Part shown: piece by piece, positions 26,551-35,531 of the stretch
How positions within the stretch are numbered: the first letter of the stretch is position 1
Layout of the letters: each line of letters begins with the position of its first letter
Assembly (NCBI GenBank): GCA_045537135.1
Contig: JAZSOW010000016.1
Span: 5,454 to 69,453, forward strand
Length of the DNA: 64,000 bases
DNA from: Acutalibacteraceae bacterium
GTDB taxonomy: Bacteria > Bacillota > Clostridia > Oscillospirales > Acutalibacteraceae
Direction of reading: 5' to 3'
Program-made: the position numbers and the translations under genes
The notes under the pieces: generated by a model
Told to the model about the DNA's origin: nothing
Databases searched by the model: none
The model's input: only the letters and a program-made list of their open reading frames with translations

Positions 26551-27816
26551 ATGGAAACGATAATCTCGGCTAAAAATCCTATCATTCCGGGCAGGGGTGT
26601 CTGTGACCCGCATATACATATTTTTGACGGAAAAATGTATCTGTATGCCTCTCATGACGCAAATCCGTATGCAAGGAATTTCTGTATGCACGACTGGCAG
26701 ATATGGTCTTCTTTCGATGCGGTTGAGTGGACTCTCGAATCGGTCGTTCATCCCGAAGAATTCTTTATGGGTCCGTCTGACAACTGCTGGGCGGTTGATG
26801 CTGCGAAGAGAAACGGCAGATATTACTTTTATTTTTCCGACGGAAATAACAGAATCGGTGTGGCTGCTGCCGATAATCCCGGCGGCCCTTTTAAAGATGC
26901 GCTCGGGAAACCTATGCTTGACGGCACTTTAACAAAAACAAGAGAATATGACCCGGCTGTGTTTGAGGATGATGACGGAGAGTGTTATCTTGTGTTTGGC
27001 GGCCCTGAATGGTGCTACGGCGAGGGCTGCGGATATTATGTCGCACGGCTCAATGAAGATATGATTTCTTTTGCCGAAACGCCGAGAAAAATCGCACTTG
27101 ATCACTGTGGAGACGACAAAGCTTCGCTCAATAAATTTGGCGGAAAGTATTATCTCAGCTACGGCGGATTTTACGCGGTTTCAGACAGCGTTTACGGCCC
27201 GTATTATTTTATCGGCCATACGGCATCAACTATTGACCACAGCAGTTTCTGCGAGTGGAACGGTCAAATTTTTCAGGCAATTACCGTTAAAGAACATGAG
27301 ATGTATCGCTCAAGCGGCCTGTGTTATGTGCATATAAAAGAAAACGGCGAAATTGTTACCGACCCGCTTATTGTAGAATACGGTGTCGGTCAGTATAATT
27401 CAGATTGGAACAGAATTGAAGCCGAGTGGTATATGAAAGGGGTAAATGTAAGAAAAAAAGAAAACAAGTGCCTCTTTGGCTTCCTGGTTGCGTGCACTGA
27501 AAAGGCTGTGCTGACATATCCGAAATTCCATAATCTTTCAGATAAGACCGGCTTTTCTCTCGATTACTACTGTGTCGGAGGCAAAGCCGTTATCGAGGTG
27601 AGAACCGGTGGAGAAAACGGCCCTCTCCTCGGTATGATTAAGGCAGAAAACCCGACAGATTCCTATGAATGGTACTGTCGCCGCAATGATTTTTTCCGCT
27701 TTGATACTAAGCTTGATGATACAGCCGATGTATTCCTCATATTAAGGCCAGAAAAGGGAACCGAGCTTTGCATTGACAGTTTTCACTTTATTAGAGAACC
27801 TGACGGCAAGAAGTGA
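26551..27816 (+). CDS. Glycoside hydrolase family 43-like protein (beta-xylosidase / alpha-L-arabinofuranosidase type) with C-terminal beta-sandwich domain
   Basis: The N-terminus NPIIPGRGVCDPHIHIFDGKMYLYASHD (catalytic Asp context) and the block AVDAAKRNGRYYFYFS are typical of GH43. There is no signal peptide. Confidence 0.75.
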   Translation: METIISAKNPIIPGRGVCDPHIHIFDGKMYLYASHDANPYARNFCMHDWQIWSSFDAVEWTLESVVHPEEFFMGPSDNCWAVDAAKRNGRYYFYFSDGNNRIGVAAADNPGGPFKDALGKPMLDGTLTKTREYDPAVFEDDDGECYLVFGGPEWCYGEGCGYYVARLNEDMISFAETPRKIALDHCGDDKASLNKFGGKYYLSYGGFYAVSDSVYGPYYFIGHTASTIDHSSFCEWNGQIFQAITVKEHEMYRSSGLCYVHIKENGEIVTDPLIVEYGVGQYNSDWNRIEAEWYMKGVNVRKKENKCLFGFLVACTEKAVLTYPKFHNLSDKTGFSLDYYCVGGKAVIEVRTGGENGPLLGMIKAENPTDSYEWYCRRNDFFRFDTKLDDTADVFLILRPEKGTELCIDSFHFIREPDGKK

Positions 27817-28006
27817 TGTTTAGAGAATAGCCTGAAAGTGATAGCGAGTTTTACACCCTTAAAAACTGCATACTTACTCCCTATATTGCAGGAAGCGCAG
27901 GTGACTGATAAGGTAGAATTGCGACAACACCTCATCCGACCTTGCTGACGCTCGGCCACCTTCCCCTCAAGGGGAAGGCTTTTAGAACTGTAAAAGAGAT
28001 TTATAT

Positions 28007-28075
28007 ATGAAAGCAACAGGAATTGTACGCCGCATAGACGACCTGGGACGAGTGGGTATAGGCGCGGATACATAA
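28007..28075 (+). pseudogene. AbrB/SpoVT-family 5' fragment (MKATGIVRRIDDLGRV then diverges, 22 codons)
   Basis: 16 N-terminal residues match the AbrB swapped-hairpin start, then the frame departs from the family (GIGADT) and stops. It is followed by a terminator. Confidence 0.6.
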
Positions 28076-28076
28076 A

Positions 28077-28111
28077 GGAGGCGGTGTGAATGCACCGCCT
28101 CCTTGTTTTTT
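28077..28111 (+). terminator. Intrinsic terminator after the abrB fragment
   Basis: Hairpin ggaggcggtg/caccgcctcc with a 6-nt loop, followed by ttgtttttt. Confidence 0.6.
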
Positions 28112-28312
28112 CTATATTCCGTTTTTAAAGTAGCCTTTCCGCGATCCCGGCCACAGCATCGAAATATGCCGATGACCAGGGGCAACCTCCTCGTAAGCCC
28201 ATATCCATTCAAAGACGGTGCTGTAGCACCTACGACGCTTCAAGAACGGCAGTTTCCCCAGCTCCCCTTTCAAGGGGTGCGGCCAATACCACAAGGCGAT
28301 ATCTCAAAAATG

Positions 28313-28341
28313 TTGACTCAGAAGGCAAAGTATGCTACAAT
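28313..28341 (+). promoter_or_regulatory. Sigma-A type promoter (extended -10) for trkH/trkA
   Basis: TTGACT (28313-28318), a 17-nt spacer ending in TGC, then TACAAT (28336-28341). Confidence 0.55.
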
Positions 28342-28437
28342 AATAGCGGTGTAATGACATTGAGGGGAGCCAGCCGTCTGCAGAGGATGTTGGTTCCCTC
28401 ACATTTTATTACAGTAATTTGGGTGTGTGTTTATGTT

Positions 28438-29796
28438 ATGAAAAAACGACTGCTTACATTATCTACAACACATATTATACTGCTGAGCTTTCTGATCGTC
28501 ATATTGATAGGTGCGTTTCTGCTCATGCTGCCAATAAGCTCTGCCAACGGAGAGTCAACGTCTTTCCTGGACGCACTTTTCACGGCAACCACTTCCACCT
28601 GTGTTACAGGCTTAGTGGTGGTGCCGACCGTTTCCTCCTGGAGCGTTTTCGGGCAGATCGTTATCCTCATATTGATTCAGGTCGGCGGTCTTGGCGTTAT
28701 TACCATTATGTCAGGATTGATGATTCTTCTGCACAGGAAAATGGGCATCGGCGACAGACTGCTCTTACAAGATGCCTTCAATCTGAATTCCCTTTCGGGG
28801 CTTGTCCGATTTGTTAAAAGGGTGGTAGGCGGAACACTTATCATAGAAGGGGTTGGTGCCCTTTTATACATGACGGTATTTATCCCTGACTTTGGTATCA
28901 AAGGAATCTGGATAGCGGTATTCACATCGGTTTCTGCCTTCTGTAATGCCGGTATCGATATTATCGCCGAAAACAGCCTTTGCGATTATGCGCTGAATCC
29001 TATCATCAATACGGTTACCTGTGGGTTGATTGTTTTAGGCGGTATCGGTTATATTGTTTGGTGGGACGCACTCCGGGTACTAAAACAAGGCCGAAAAAGA
29101 AAAATAAAACTGTTCCGTGCGCTTACCTTACACAGCAAAATAGCCATCACTGCAACCTTAGTTTTGATTTTCGTGGGTGCGGCCCTCATTTTCGCTTTTG
29201 AATACAACAATCCACAAACGATAAAAGACTATACGCTGTTCGAGAAGATTGAGGTATCCTTATTTCAGTCAGTCACAACAAGAACGGCAGGCTTTGCAAC
29301 CGTGCCGCAGGAAAACCTCACAAACGCCTCGTCGGTGGTGTGCCTGCTGTTGATGTTTATCGGTGGGTCACCCATAGGTACAGCCGGCGGAATTAAAACC
29401 GTTACCTTTGCTGTGCTTATCGCTTCGGCGTTTGCCTCCATCCGCAACAAAGAAGATACCGAGGTGTTTGGCAGACGGCTTACGAAACAGGCGGTCAGCA
29501 AGGCGGTAGCCGTTACCTGTATGTCTTTTATTATTATGTTTGCCGCCACGGTCTTGCTTTCTGTTGTTACAGACGCAGACGCCTTGGATATCGCTTATGA
29601 AACAGTCAGCGCAACCGCAACGGTAGGCCTTACAAGAAACCTGACCGCCTCTCTTGATAGTATCGGTAAGGTCATCATCATAATAACCATGTACCTCGGA
29701 AGAGTAGGCCCCATATCGCTGGCCGTTGCCTTTAAACGTAGCAAGGATAATCAAAACTTAGTAAGAAACCCCATTGAGGAGATCAGTGTGGGATAA
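28438..29796 (+). CDS. TrkH/KtrB-family potassium uptake membrane subunit
   Basis: A polytopic membrane protein with repeated selectivity-filter-like segments (TCVTGL, NAGIDI, TRTAGF, ATVGLT). I chose the start at ATG 28438, the first Met before TM1. Confidence 0.8.
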   Translation: MKKRLLTLSTTHIILLSFLIVILIGAFLLMLPISSANGESTSFLDALFTATTSTCVTGLVVVPTVSSWSVFGQIVILILIQVGGLGVITIMSGLMILLHRKMGIGDRLLLQDAFNLNSLSGLVRFVKRVVGGTLIIEGVGALLYMTVFIPDFGIKGIWIAVFTSVSAFCNAGIDIIAENSLCDYALNPIINTVTCGLIVLGGIGYIVWWDALRVLKQGRKRKIKLFRALTLHSKIAITATLVLIFVGAALIFAFEYNNPQTIKDYTLFEKIEVSLFQSVTTRTAGFATVPQENLTNASSVVCLLLMFIGGSPIGTAGGIKTVTFAVLIASAFASIRNKEDTEVFGRRLTKQAVSKAVAVTCMSFIIMFAATVLLSVVTDADALDIAYETVSATATVGLTRNLTASLDSIGKVIIIITMYLGRVGPISLAVAFKRSKDNQNLVRNPIEEISVG

Positions 29797-29812
29797 GAAG
29801 GGATGATCGGTT

Positions 29813-30463
29813 GTGAGTATCAATAAGACCTATGCCGTGTTAGGTCTCGGCAGATACGGAAGAGCTGTTGCAGAGGAACTGGCCAACAATGGCGCGGAGG
29901 TGCTGGCGGTAGACATTGACCAAAATAACGTCAATAGTGCTATTGAAACGATCCCTCTATGCAAATGCGCGGATATTACCGAGCCGGAGACAATTAAAAG
30001 ACTTGGCATCTCCAATGTGGATGTTGTGATCATTGCTATGGCGAGTAATCTTGAAGCCAGCGTTATGGCGGTAACACTATGTAAAGAAGTAGGTGTTCCC
30101 ACCGTTATAGTCAAATGCGGCAATGAAATGCACCAAAAGATCTTAAGCCGCGTAGGCGCAGATAAGGTAATCATCCCCGAAAAAGAATCTGGAGCAAGGC
30201 TGGCCAAAAACCTGCTCACATCAGGCTTCGCGGAAATGATAGAGCTTTCCGATGAGGTCTCCATGGTGGAAATCGATGTGAGAGATGAATGGGTTGGTAA
30301 AACACTGATAGAATTAAGTCTGCGCAAAAAATACTCTGTGAATGTGGTGGCTATACGAAGCGGGGACACAATAAGCACAACGGTTGATCCTGCACTTCCA
30401 CTTGAAAAAGGCATGCAGCTTATTGTCATTGCAAACACATTCAAACTCAAAAAATTAAAATAA
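29813..30463 (+). CDS. TrkA/KtrA-family potassium uptake regulatory subunit (RCK N and C domains)
   Basis: Rossmann motif VLGLGRYG, then a TrkA-C domain. It has a GTG start and is adjacent to trkH. Confidence 0.8.
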   Translation: MSINKTYAVLGLGRYGRAVAEELANNGAEVLAVDIDQNNVNSAIETIPLCKCADITEPETIKRLGISNVDVVIIAMASNLEASVMAVTLCKEVGVPTVIVKCGNEMHQKILSRVGADKVIIPEKESGARLAKNLLTSGFAEMIELSDEVSMVEIDVRDEWVGKTLIELSLRKKYSVNVVAIRSGDTISTTVDPALPLEKGMQLIVIANTFKLKKLK

Positions 30464-30561
30464 CACCTGGGACTTTCGGGGACTATTCCGCTTGCCTCCC
30501 CTGCTGTTATGCCGGGGGCGGCTGAGACAATAGCGGCGTTTGCCGCGCTGTGTAAAGGTGT

Positions 30562-30600
30562 AAACGAGGAGACGGTGCTGACAGCACCGTCTCCTCGTTT
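30562..30600. terminator. Bidirectional terminator
   Basis: A 17-bp stem aaacgaggagacggtgc/gcaccgtctcctcgttt with loop tgaca. Confidence 0.65.
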
Positions 30601-30602
30601 TG

Positions 30603-31268
30603 TTACCACACGAAGGGCAAAAGGCGGTATTTGACACGCTTTTTGTAATCGCTGTAGCCAGGGAGAGCCCGCTCCAACACCTGTTCCTCATTGCGTATGC
30701 GGGCGATCATCGTCACCGGATAGGGTGCCATACACAGCAGTGCCCACCAGGAGCCAAGGACGATGGGGATGGATAGGAAGAGCAGGATCGTTACCGCATA
30801 CATCGGGTGGCGCACCACGCTGTAAAGGCCTGTGTCTACCACCTGTTGTCCTTCCTGCACCTCCACCGTCCTTGACAGCCAAGTATTCTCCCGCATCACC
30901 TCGGTGTACAAGCCGTAGGAGACCAGCAACAAAGCAGAGGCGACGATAACCACCGACGACGGTACCGATGACCAGCCCAAGCGGTGATCCAGTCCGGCTA
31001 CAACGAAGCAGGCCACAAACAACAGCCCCGACAGTCCCACAACGCCTTTTTGGGTGGTCTCCTTCTCCTTGCCATCCAGCCGTTTTTGAAGCAATGCCGG
31101 CGCTTTAAAGAACAAAACAACGCCGAGGACGAGCATGGGAAGGAAAAGCAGGCCAAGGAACAGCCATCCGTTTATGTAGCCAAAACTGCCGGCAGGCAGA
31201 AACAACAAAGCCCCTACCAAAATCAAACCCACAGCGAATTTGATCAACGCATTGAACAGCAATTTCAT
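30603..31268 (-). CDS. Isoprenylcysteine carboxyl / phospholipid methyltransferase-family membrane protein
   Basis: Multi-TM protein with the block GLYSVVRHPMYAVTILLF typical of the ICMT/PEMT family. The ATG at 31268 follows ggagga and overlaps the upstream stop (ATGA). Confidence 0.7.
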   Translation of the reverse strand: MKLLFNALIKFAVGLILVGALLFLPAGSFGYINGWLFLGLLFLPMLVLGVVLFFKAPALLQKRLDGKEKETTQKGVVGLSGLLFVACFVVAGLDHRLGWSSVPSSVVIVASALLLVSYGLYTEVMRENTWLSRTVEVQEGQQVVDTGLYSVVRHPMYAVTILLFLSIPIVLGSWWALLCMAPYPVTMIARIRNEEQVLERALPGYSDYKKRVKYRLLPFVW

Positions 31269-32161
31269 ACCGTTTCCTCCTGTGTCGTACGCCTCCATAT
31301 TCTCTCTGCCGTCTCACCGATGTGGTGGCTCTCTTTCACTGAGCAGGTACGTAACCGGTGCTTTTTGGGCAGACCCCACACATGAAACAGCCGGGGGCCG
31401 ATCCACTCATGATACCCGCACCCCTCAAACAGCCCATAAAGCAGGCTGAGAGCGGCTTTTTTCACCGGCATAAAGATCCATTTCATCGGGTGCTTGATGA
31501 TGGCGAACAGCCAGGGCGGGTAATGGGCGGTGATGCCCGTGAAGGTGACCCCGGGATGTACCACCGACAGGGTGGCCTCTCGTTCCTCCCGAAACAGCTC
31601 GTACAGAGCGAACATCAGATGGCGCTTGGCGTTGCCGTACACCTGGCTTGCTGCCCGGCGGGTGGAAAAATCCACATCGGCGGGGTCGGTCTTACTATAG
31701 TTGTGAGCAATGCTCCCCACCGCCACCACCCTCCCCCGCCGCTGTCGCAACACAGGCAACAGCCGGCGGGTCATATAGTAGGGGGACACAAAGTTGATCT
31801 GAAACACGTTACCGTAGCCGGTATCGCACCGGTGGCGAGGGATGGCGTAAGCACCGGCATTAAGCACCAGTACGTCCACCGCCAGCGTCTCCAGCCGGTC
31901 ACAAGCGGCGCGGACGGCGGCCATATCCTCCATATCCACCGTGATATGGGTCAGCTCCAGCGTGGGGTACGCCGCCATCAGTTCCTCGTGGAGAGCGGCG
32001 GCCTTGCGGGGGTTGCGGTCCAGCAGGATCAAGGACGCCCCCAGCCCTGCCAGGTAATGGCACAGGGCGGTGCCCAGCCCACCGGTGGAGCCGGTAACGG
32101 CTACCCGCTTGCCTGCAAGAGAGGTGGTATTCCGTTGTAGCCATTTGGGGTAGTTCATCAT
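31265..32161 (-). CDS. Short-chain dehydrogenase/reductase (SDR) family oxidoreductase
   Basis: Cofactor motif VTGSTGGLG, then NAG and a Y-x-x-x-K context (YGNAK). Confidence 0.75.
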   Translation of the reverse strand: MMNYPKWLQRNTTSLAGKRVAVTGSTGGLGTALCHYLAGLGASLILLDRNPRKAAALHEELMAAYPTLELTHITVDMEDMAAVRAACDRLETLAVDVLVLNAGAYAIPRHRCDTGYGNVFQINFVSPYYMTRRLLPVLRQRRGRVVAVGSIAHNYSKTDPADVDFSTRRAASQVYGNAKRHLMFALYELFREEREATLSVVHPGVTFTGITAHYPPWLFAIIKHPMKWIFMPVKKAALSLLYGLFEGCGYHEWIGPRLFHVWGLPKKHRLRTCSVKESHHIGETAERIWRRTTQEETV

Positions 32162-32210
32162 GGAGGCTCCTTACAAAACAAACGGACGCAGAGCGCCCGT
32201 TTGTTTTTGA

Positions 32211-33812
32211 TTATTTAATGCCGTTGGCGGATTTCCACTCGATATAATCGTCGTAGGTCATCATCTTATCGATGAGCTTGCCGTCCTTGATCTCCATAAT
32301 ACGGTCCGCCACCGTCTGAATAAACTGGTGGTCGTAGGAGGAGAACAGCACGTTGCCGGGGAAGGCCTCCAGGCCGTTGTTCACCGCGGTGATGGATTCC
32401 AGGTCCAGGTGGTTGGTGGGCTGATCCAGCACCAGCACATTGGAGCCGTACATCATCATACGGGACAGCATACAGCGCACCTTTTCGCCACCGGACAGCA
32501 CCCTCACCGGCTTTAACACGTCGTCACCGGAGAACAGCATCTTGCCCAGGAAGCCGCGCAGGTAGGTCTCGGTGTTATCCGCTGAGTACTGGTTGAGCCA
32601 CTGCAGCAAATTCATATCGTTGCCGTCGAAATAAGCAGAGTTATCTTTGGGGAAATAGGACAGGCTGGTGGTGCCGCCCCACTTGTAGGTGCCCTCGTCC
32701 GGCTCCAGCTCCCCGGTGATGATCTTAAAGAGGGTGGTGGTAGCGATCTCATCCTGGCCCACGAAGGCGATCTTGTCCCCCTTGTTGACACGGAAGGAGA
32801 TGTTATCCAGCACCTTAACGCCGTCCACCGTTTTGGACAGACCTTCCACCGCCAGGATCTCCTTGCCGGCCTCCCGGTCCATGGTGAAGCCCACGAAGGG
32901 ATAGCGGCGGGAGGAAGCAGGCATCTCCTCCACCGTCAGCTTTTCCAACAGCTTGCGGCGGGAGGTTGCCTGTCGAGACTTGGACTTGTTGGCAGAGAAG
33001 CGCTGGATGAAGCTCTGCAGTTCCTTGATCTTTTCCTCATTCTTCTTGTTCTGCTCACGCATCACCCGCTGAATGAGCTGGCTGGACTCGTACCAGAAAT
33101 CGTAGTTGCCTACATAGATGCGGATCTGGTTATAATCCACGTCCACGATGTGGGTACACACGTTGTTGAGAAAGTGACGGTCGTGGGACACCACGATGAC
33201 GGTGCCGTCGTAATCCATCAAGAAATCCTCCAGCCAGCGGATGGAGTCGATATCCAGGTGGTTGGTAGGCTCATCCAGCAGGATGATATCCGGGTGCCCG
33301 AACAGGGCACGTGCCAGTAGGATCTTCACCTTCTGCTTATCTGCCAAAGTGGACATCATGTCGTACAGCAGGGAATCCTCCATACCGAGACCCTGCAGGA
33401 TCTGCCCCGCCTCGGTCTCCGCCTCCCAGCCGTTCATCTCCGCAAACTCGCCCTCCAGCTGAGCGGCCAGCTCGCCGTCCTCGTCGGAGAAATCCTCCTT
33501 GGCATACAGGGCGTCCTTCTGCTTCATGATCTCATACAGGCGGGGGTTGCCCTGGATGATGGTGTCCAGCACGGTGAACTCATCGTAGGCATAGTGGTCC
33601 TGCTTGAGCACCGACATACGGGTGCGGGGGTCGATAATGACCTCACCGGAGGTGGGCTCCAGGTCCCCGGAGAGCATCCTGAGGAAGGTGGATTTGCCGG
33701 CGCCGTTGGCACCGATCACGCCGTAGCAGTTGCCGCCCACAAACTTTAAGTCTACATGCTTAAACAGGTCCTGTCCGCCGAAGTTAATACCGAGATCGGA
33801 TACAGTGATCAT
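32211..33812 (-). CDS. ABC-F family ATPase (two NBDs, no TMD)
   Basis: Two Walker A sites (GANGAGKST; GQDEIATTT is degenerate) and two signatures (LADKQK-type, LSGGEK). It has an inter-domain linker and no membrane domain. I chose the ATG at 33812 (MITVSDLG), which follows ggagga. Confidence 0.8.
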   Translation of the reverse strand: MITVSDLGINFGGQDLFKHVDLKFVGGNCYGVIGANGAGKSTFLRMLSGDLEPTSGEVIIDPRTRMSVLKQDHYAYDEFTVLDTIIQGNPRLYEIMKQKDALYAKEDFSDEDGELAAQLEGEFAEMNGWEAETEAGQILQGLGMEDSLLYDMMSTLADKQKVKILLARALFGHPDIILLDEPTNHLDIDSIRWLEDFLMDYDGTVIVVSHDRHFLNNVCTHIVDVDYNQIRIYVGNYDFWYESSQLIQRVMREQNKKNEEKIKELQSFIQRFSANKSKSRQATSRRKLLEKLTVEEMPASSRRYPFVGFTMDREAGKEILAVEGLSKTVDGVKVLDNISFRVNKGDKIAFVGQDEIATTTLFKIITGELEPDEGTYKWGGTTSLSYFPKDNSAYFDGNDMNLLQWLNQYSADNTETYLRGFLGKMLFSGDDVLKPVRVLSGGEKVRCMLSRMMMYGSNVLVLDQPTNHLDLESITAVNNGLEAFPGNVLFSSYDHQFIQTVADRIMEIKDGKLIDKMMTYDDYIEWKSANGIK

Positions 33813-33950
33813 AATGAAAAATCCTCCATTGCTTTGATACGCATACCTGTATAGTGTAGCAGAAAAGAAAAAATAATGCAACCTTTTTACCGAAAAATGC
33901 CCATAATAACCGCGGTATGGCTGGGAAAACTGAAATGGGGAGGAATGAAT

Positions 33951-34388
33951 ATGGCATTAGGAGAATACGAACTGGAGCTGCTGGGCAACATCTACCGCAA
34001 TGCGGAAATGGGGCGGGACGGCTTATATATGGTGTTGCGCAAAACCGACGACACCACCTTTCGCAAGCTGGTAGCGACCCAACTGATGGAGTATCAGAGC
34101 ATTATGGACGAGGCGGAGGACATGCTGCAGAAGGCAGGCTATGCCCCTACCGGTAACCCGGCGATGGCGCGGGCGATGGTGCGTATGACCGCCTGCCGCA
34201 AGGCGACCCAGGATAACACCCCCTCCGCTCTGGCGGATATGCTCATCCAAGGGAGCTGTATGGGAGTAACCAAGATCATGAAGCAGATCACCCGGTATGA
34301 CAGCCGCAGCCCGGAGTGCCTTGATCTGGCACGGCGGCTACAGCAGACGGAGGAAAACAATATCCATCAAATGAAGCAGTATCTGTAA
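33951..34388 (+). CDS. Hypothetical helical protein (145 aa)
   Basis: An ORF with RBS ggggagg and a downstream terminator (34394-34424). It has no signature I recognise. Confidence 0.5.
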   Translation: MALGEYELELLGNIYRNAEMGRDGLYMVLRKTDDTTFRKLVATQLMEYQSIMDEAEDMLQKAGYAPTGNPAMARAMVRMTACRKATQDNTPSALADMLIQGSCMGVTKIMKQITRYDSRSPECLDLARRLQQTEENNIHQMKQYL

Positions 34389-34473
34389 AGGGAAAGACCT
34401 CCGACTTACGGCGGAGGTCTTTTGTGATACCGATATTGTTTTACAATGATGCCAATGGTTCCATAGGTATTGG

Positions 34474-35430
34474 TTATTCAATCAGAGGATATTCCTTACA
34501 GCGTACAAGGAGTTTGGAACCGTTTTTCAGCTCGTAATAATACTCGTATTTGACACACGGCTCTCCCAAGTCGTTGAGACTGATCGCTTCGGTCTGCAGT
34601 ATATAGTCCAGCCAATAGCCTTCGGCAAGGAGTTCTTCTTCAAAGCGTTGCCGAATGGCCGACTTGTCCACCGCCCCGATTTGGATGCAGTCAAAGAGAT
34701 GGGGATTGGCCTCGTAAATAATCAATTCACCGTACATACTGATATAGATGTCAACCGTTTCCTGCGTGGGCATATCGCCGATATAACGGACGTATTGGAA
34801 ATGGAAATCCTCAGCACCCCACGTTGCCTGGGTGGGAGGCTGATAATGGGATAGGTCGATATGTGCCCGAGCAAACGTCTGAGCTACCGCTTGCGCCTCG
34901 TCTATGGAAAGCTTTTTCTTTTTGCCTGTTGATTCTTCTTCCTGCATAGGGAACGGCCCAAAAAATCTGTCGTGCTTGTAATAGACCAGCTCGCCCCCCA
35001 CCGCATCAAACCGAAGAACGTCGCCGTTATCGGCCACGTAGGCGTAGAGGGGGGTGGTGTTGGTCCATTCCTGAGATATCTTGCCAACATAGGTGGCGGT
35101 GACGGTCTTATCCGGCAGAGTGACAGTTTTGGTAGGCTCCGGCGTGAGCAGCGGCAGCTCGGAGGCCGCCTTTACGATAGCCCACGGCTTGGGCTTTGAC
35201 TCCACCGGCGGCTGTGATTGGATGGGCGGCTCCTCTTCTTCCTGCAAGGTGTAGGAGATATTGGGTAGCGAAATCTCACTTTTCCCGGTGGGGGTCGGCG
35301 TGGGCACGCTGTTTGGAGCGGAGACTTCCGGCTGAACCGCAGGGGTGCCGGGAAACAGCAAAATGAAGGCAAGAAGAATAACGAACACCGCGCCAGACAC
35401 CATAAAAATGACCGTTCTCTTCACACGCAT
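34474..35430 (-). CDS. Hypothetical membrane-anchored protein (N-terminal TM, Pro/Glu-rich linker, extracytoplasmic domain)
   Basis: RBS aaggaggg, TM helix VIFMVSGAVFVILLAFILLF and a PTPTPT/EEEEPP linker. Confidence 0.55.
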   Translation of the reverse strand: MRVKRTVIFMVSGAVFVILLAFILLFPGTPAVQPEVSAPNSVPTPTPTGKSEISLPNISYTLQEEEEPPIQSQPPVESKPKPWAIVKAASELPLLTPEPTKTVTLPDKTVTATYVGKISQEWTNTTPLYAYVADNGDVLRFDAVGGELVYYKHDRFFGPFPMQEEESTGKKKKLSIDEAQAVAQTFARAHIDLSHYQPPTQATWGAEDFHFQYVRYIGDMPTQETVDIYISMYGELIIYEANPHLFDCIQIGAVDKSAIRQRFEEELLAEGYWLDYILQTEAISLNDLGEPCVKYEYYYELKNGSKLLVRCKEYPLIE

Positions 35431-35531
35431 CCCTCCTTATCTTCAATTATAGTATAGCATATATAGGAGGAACGTGCAAGTTTTCTACAAAAAGGCCGCT
35501 GTTCCGTGTGAACAGCGGCCTTTCGCTTTCA

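Noticed and set aside
28100-28437. c-di-AMP (ydaO-type) riboswitch upstream of trkH.
   Set aside because: The transcribed leader from the best promoter is only about 95 nt. I could not find the conserved ydaO blocks or its pseudo-two-fold architecture. The GC-rich stretch at 28110-28300 lies upstream of the promoter.
29830-30609. A 259-aa minus-strand ORF opposite trkA.
   Set aside because: It is a Ser/Thr/Ala-rich shadow ORF antisense to a clear TrkA/KtrA gene.
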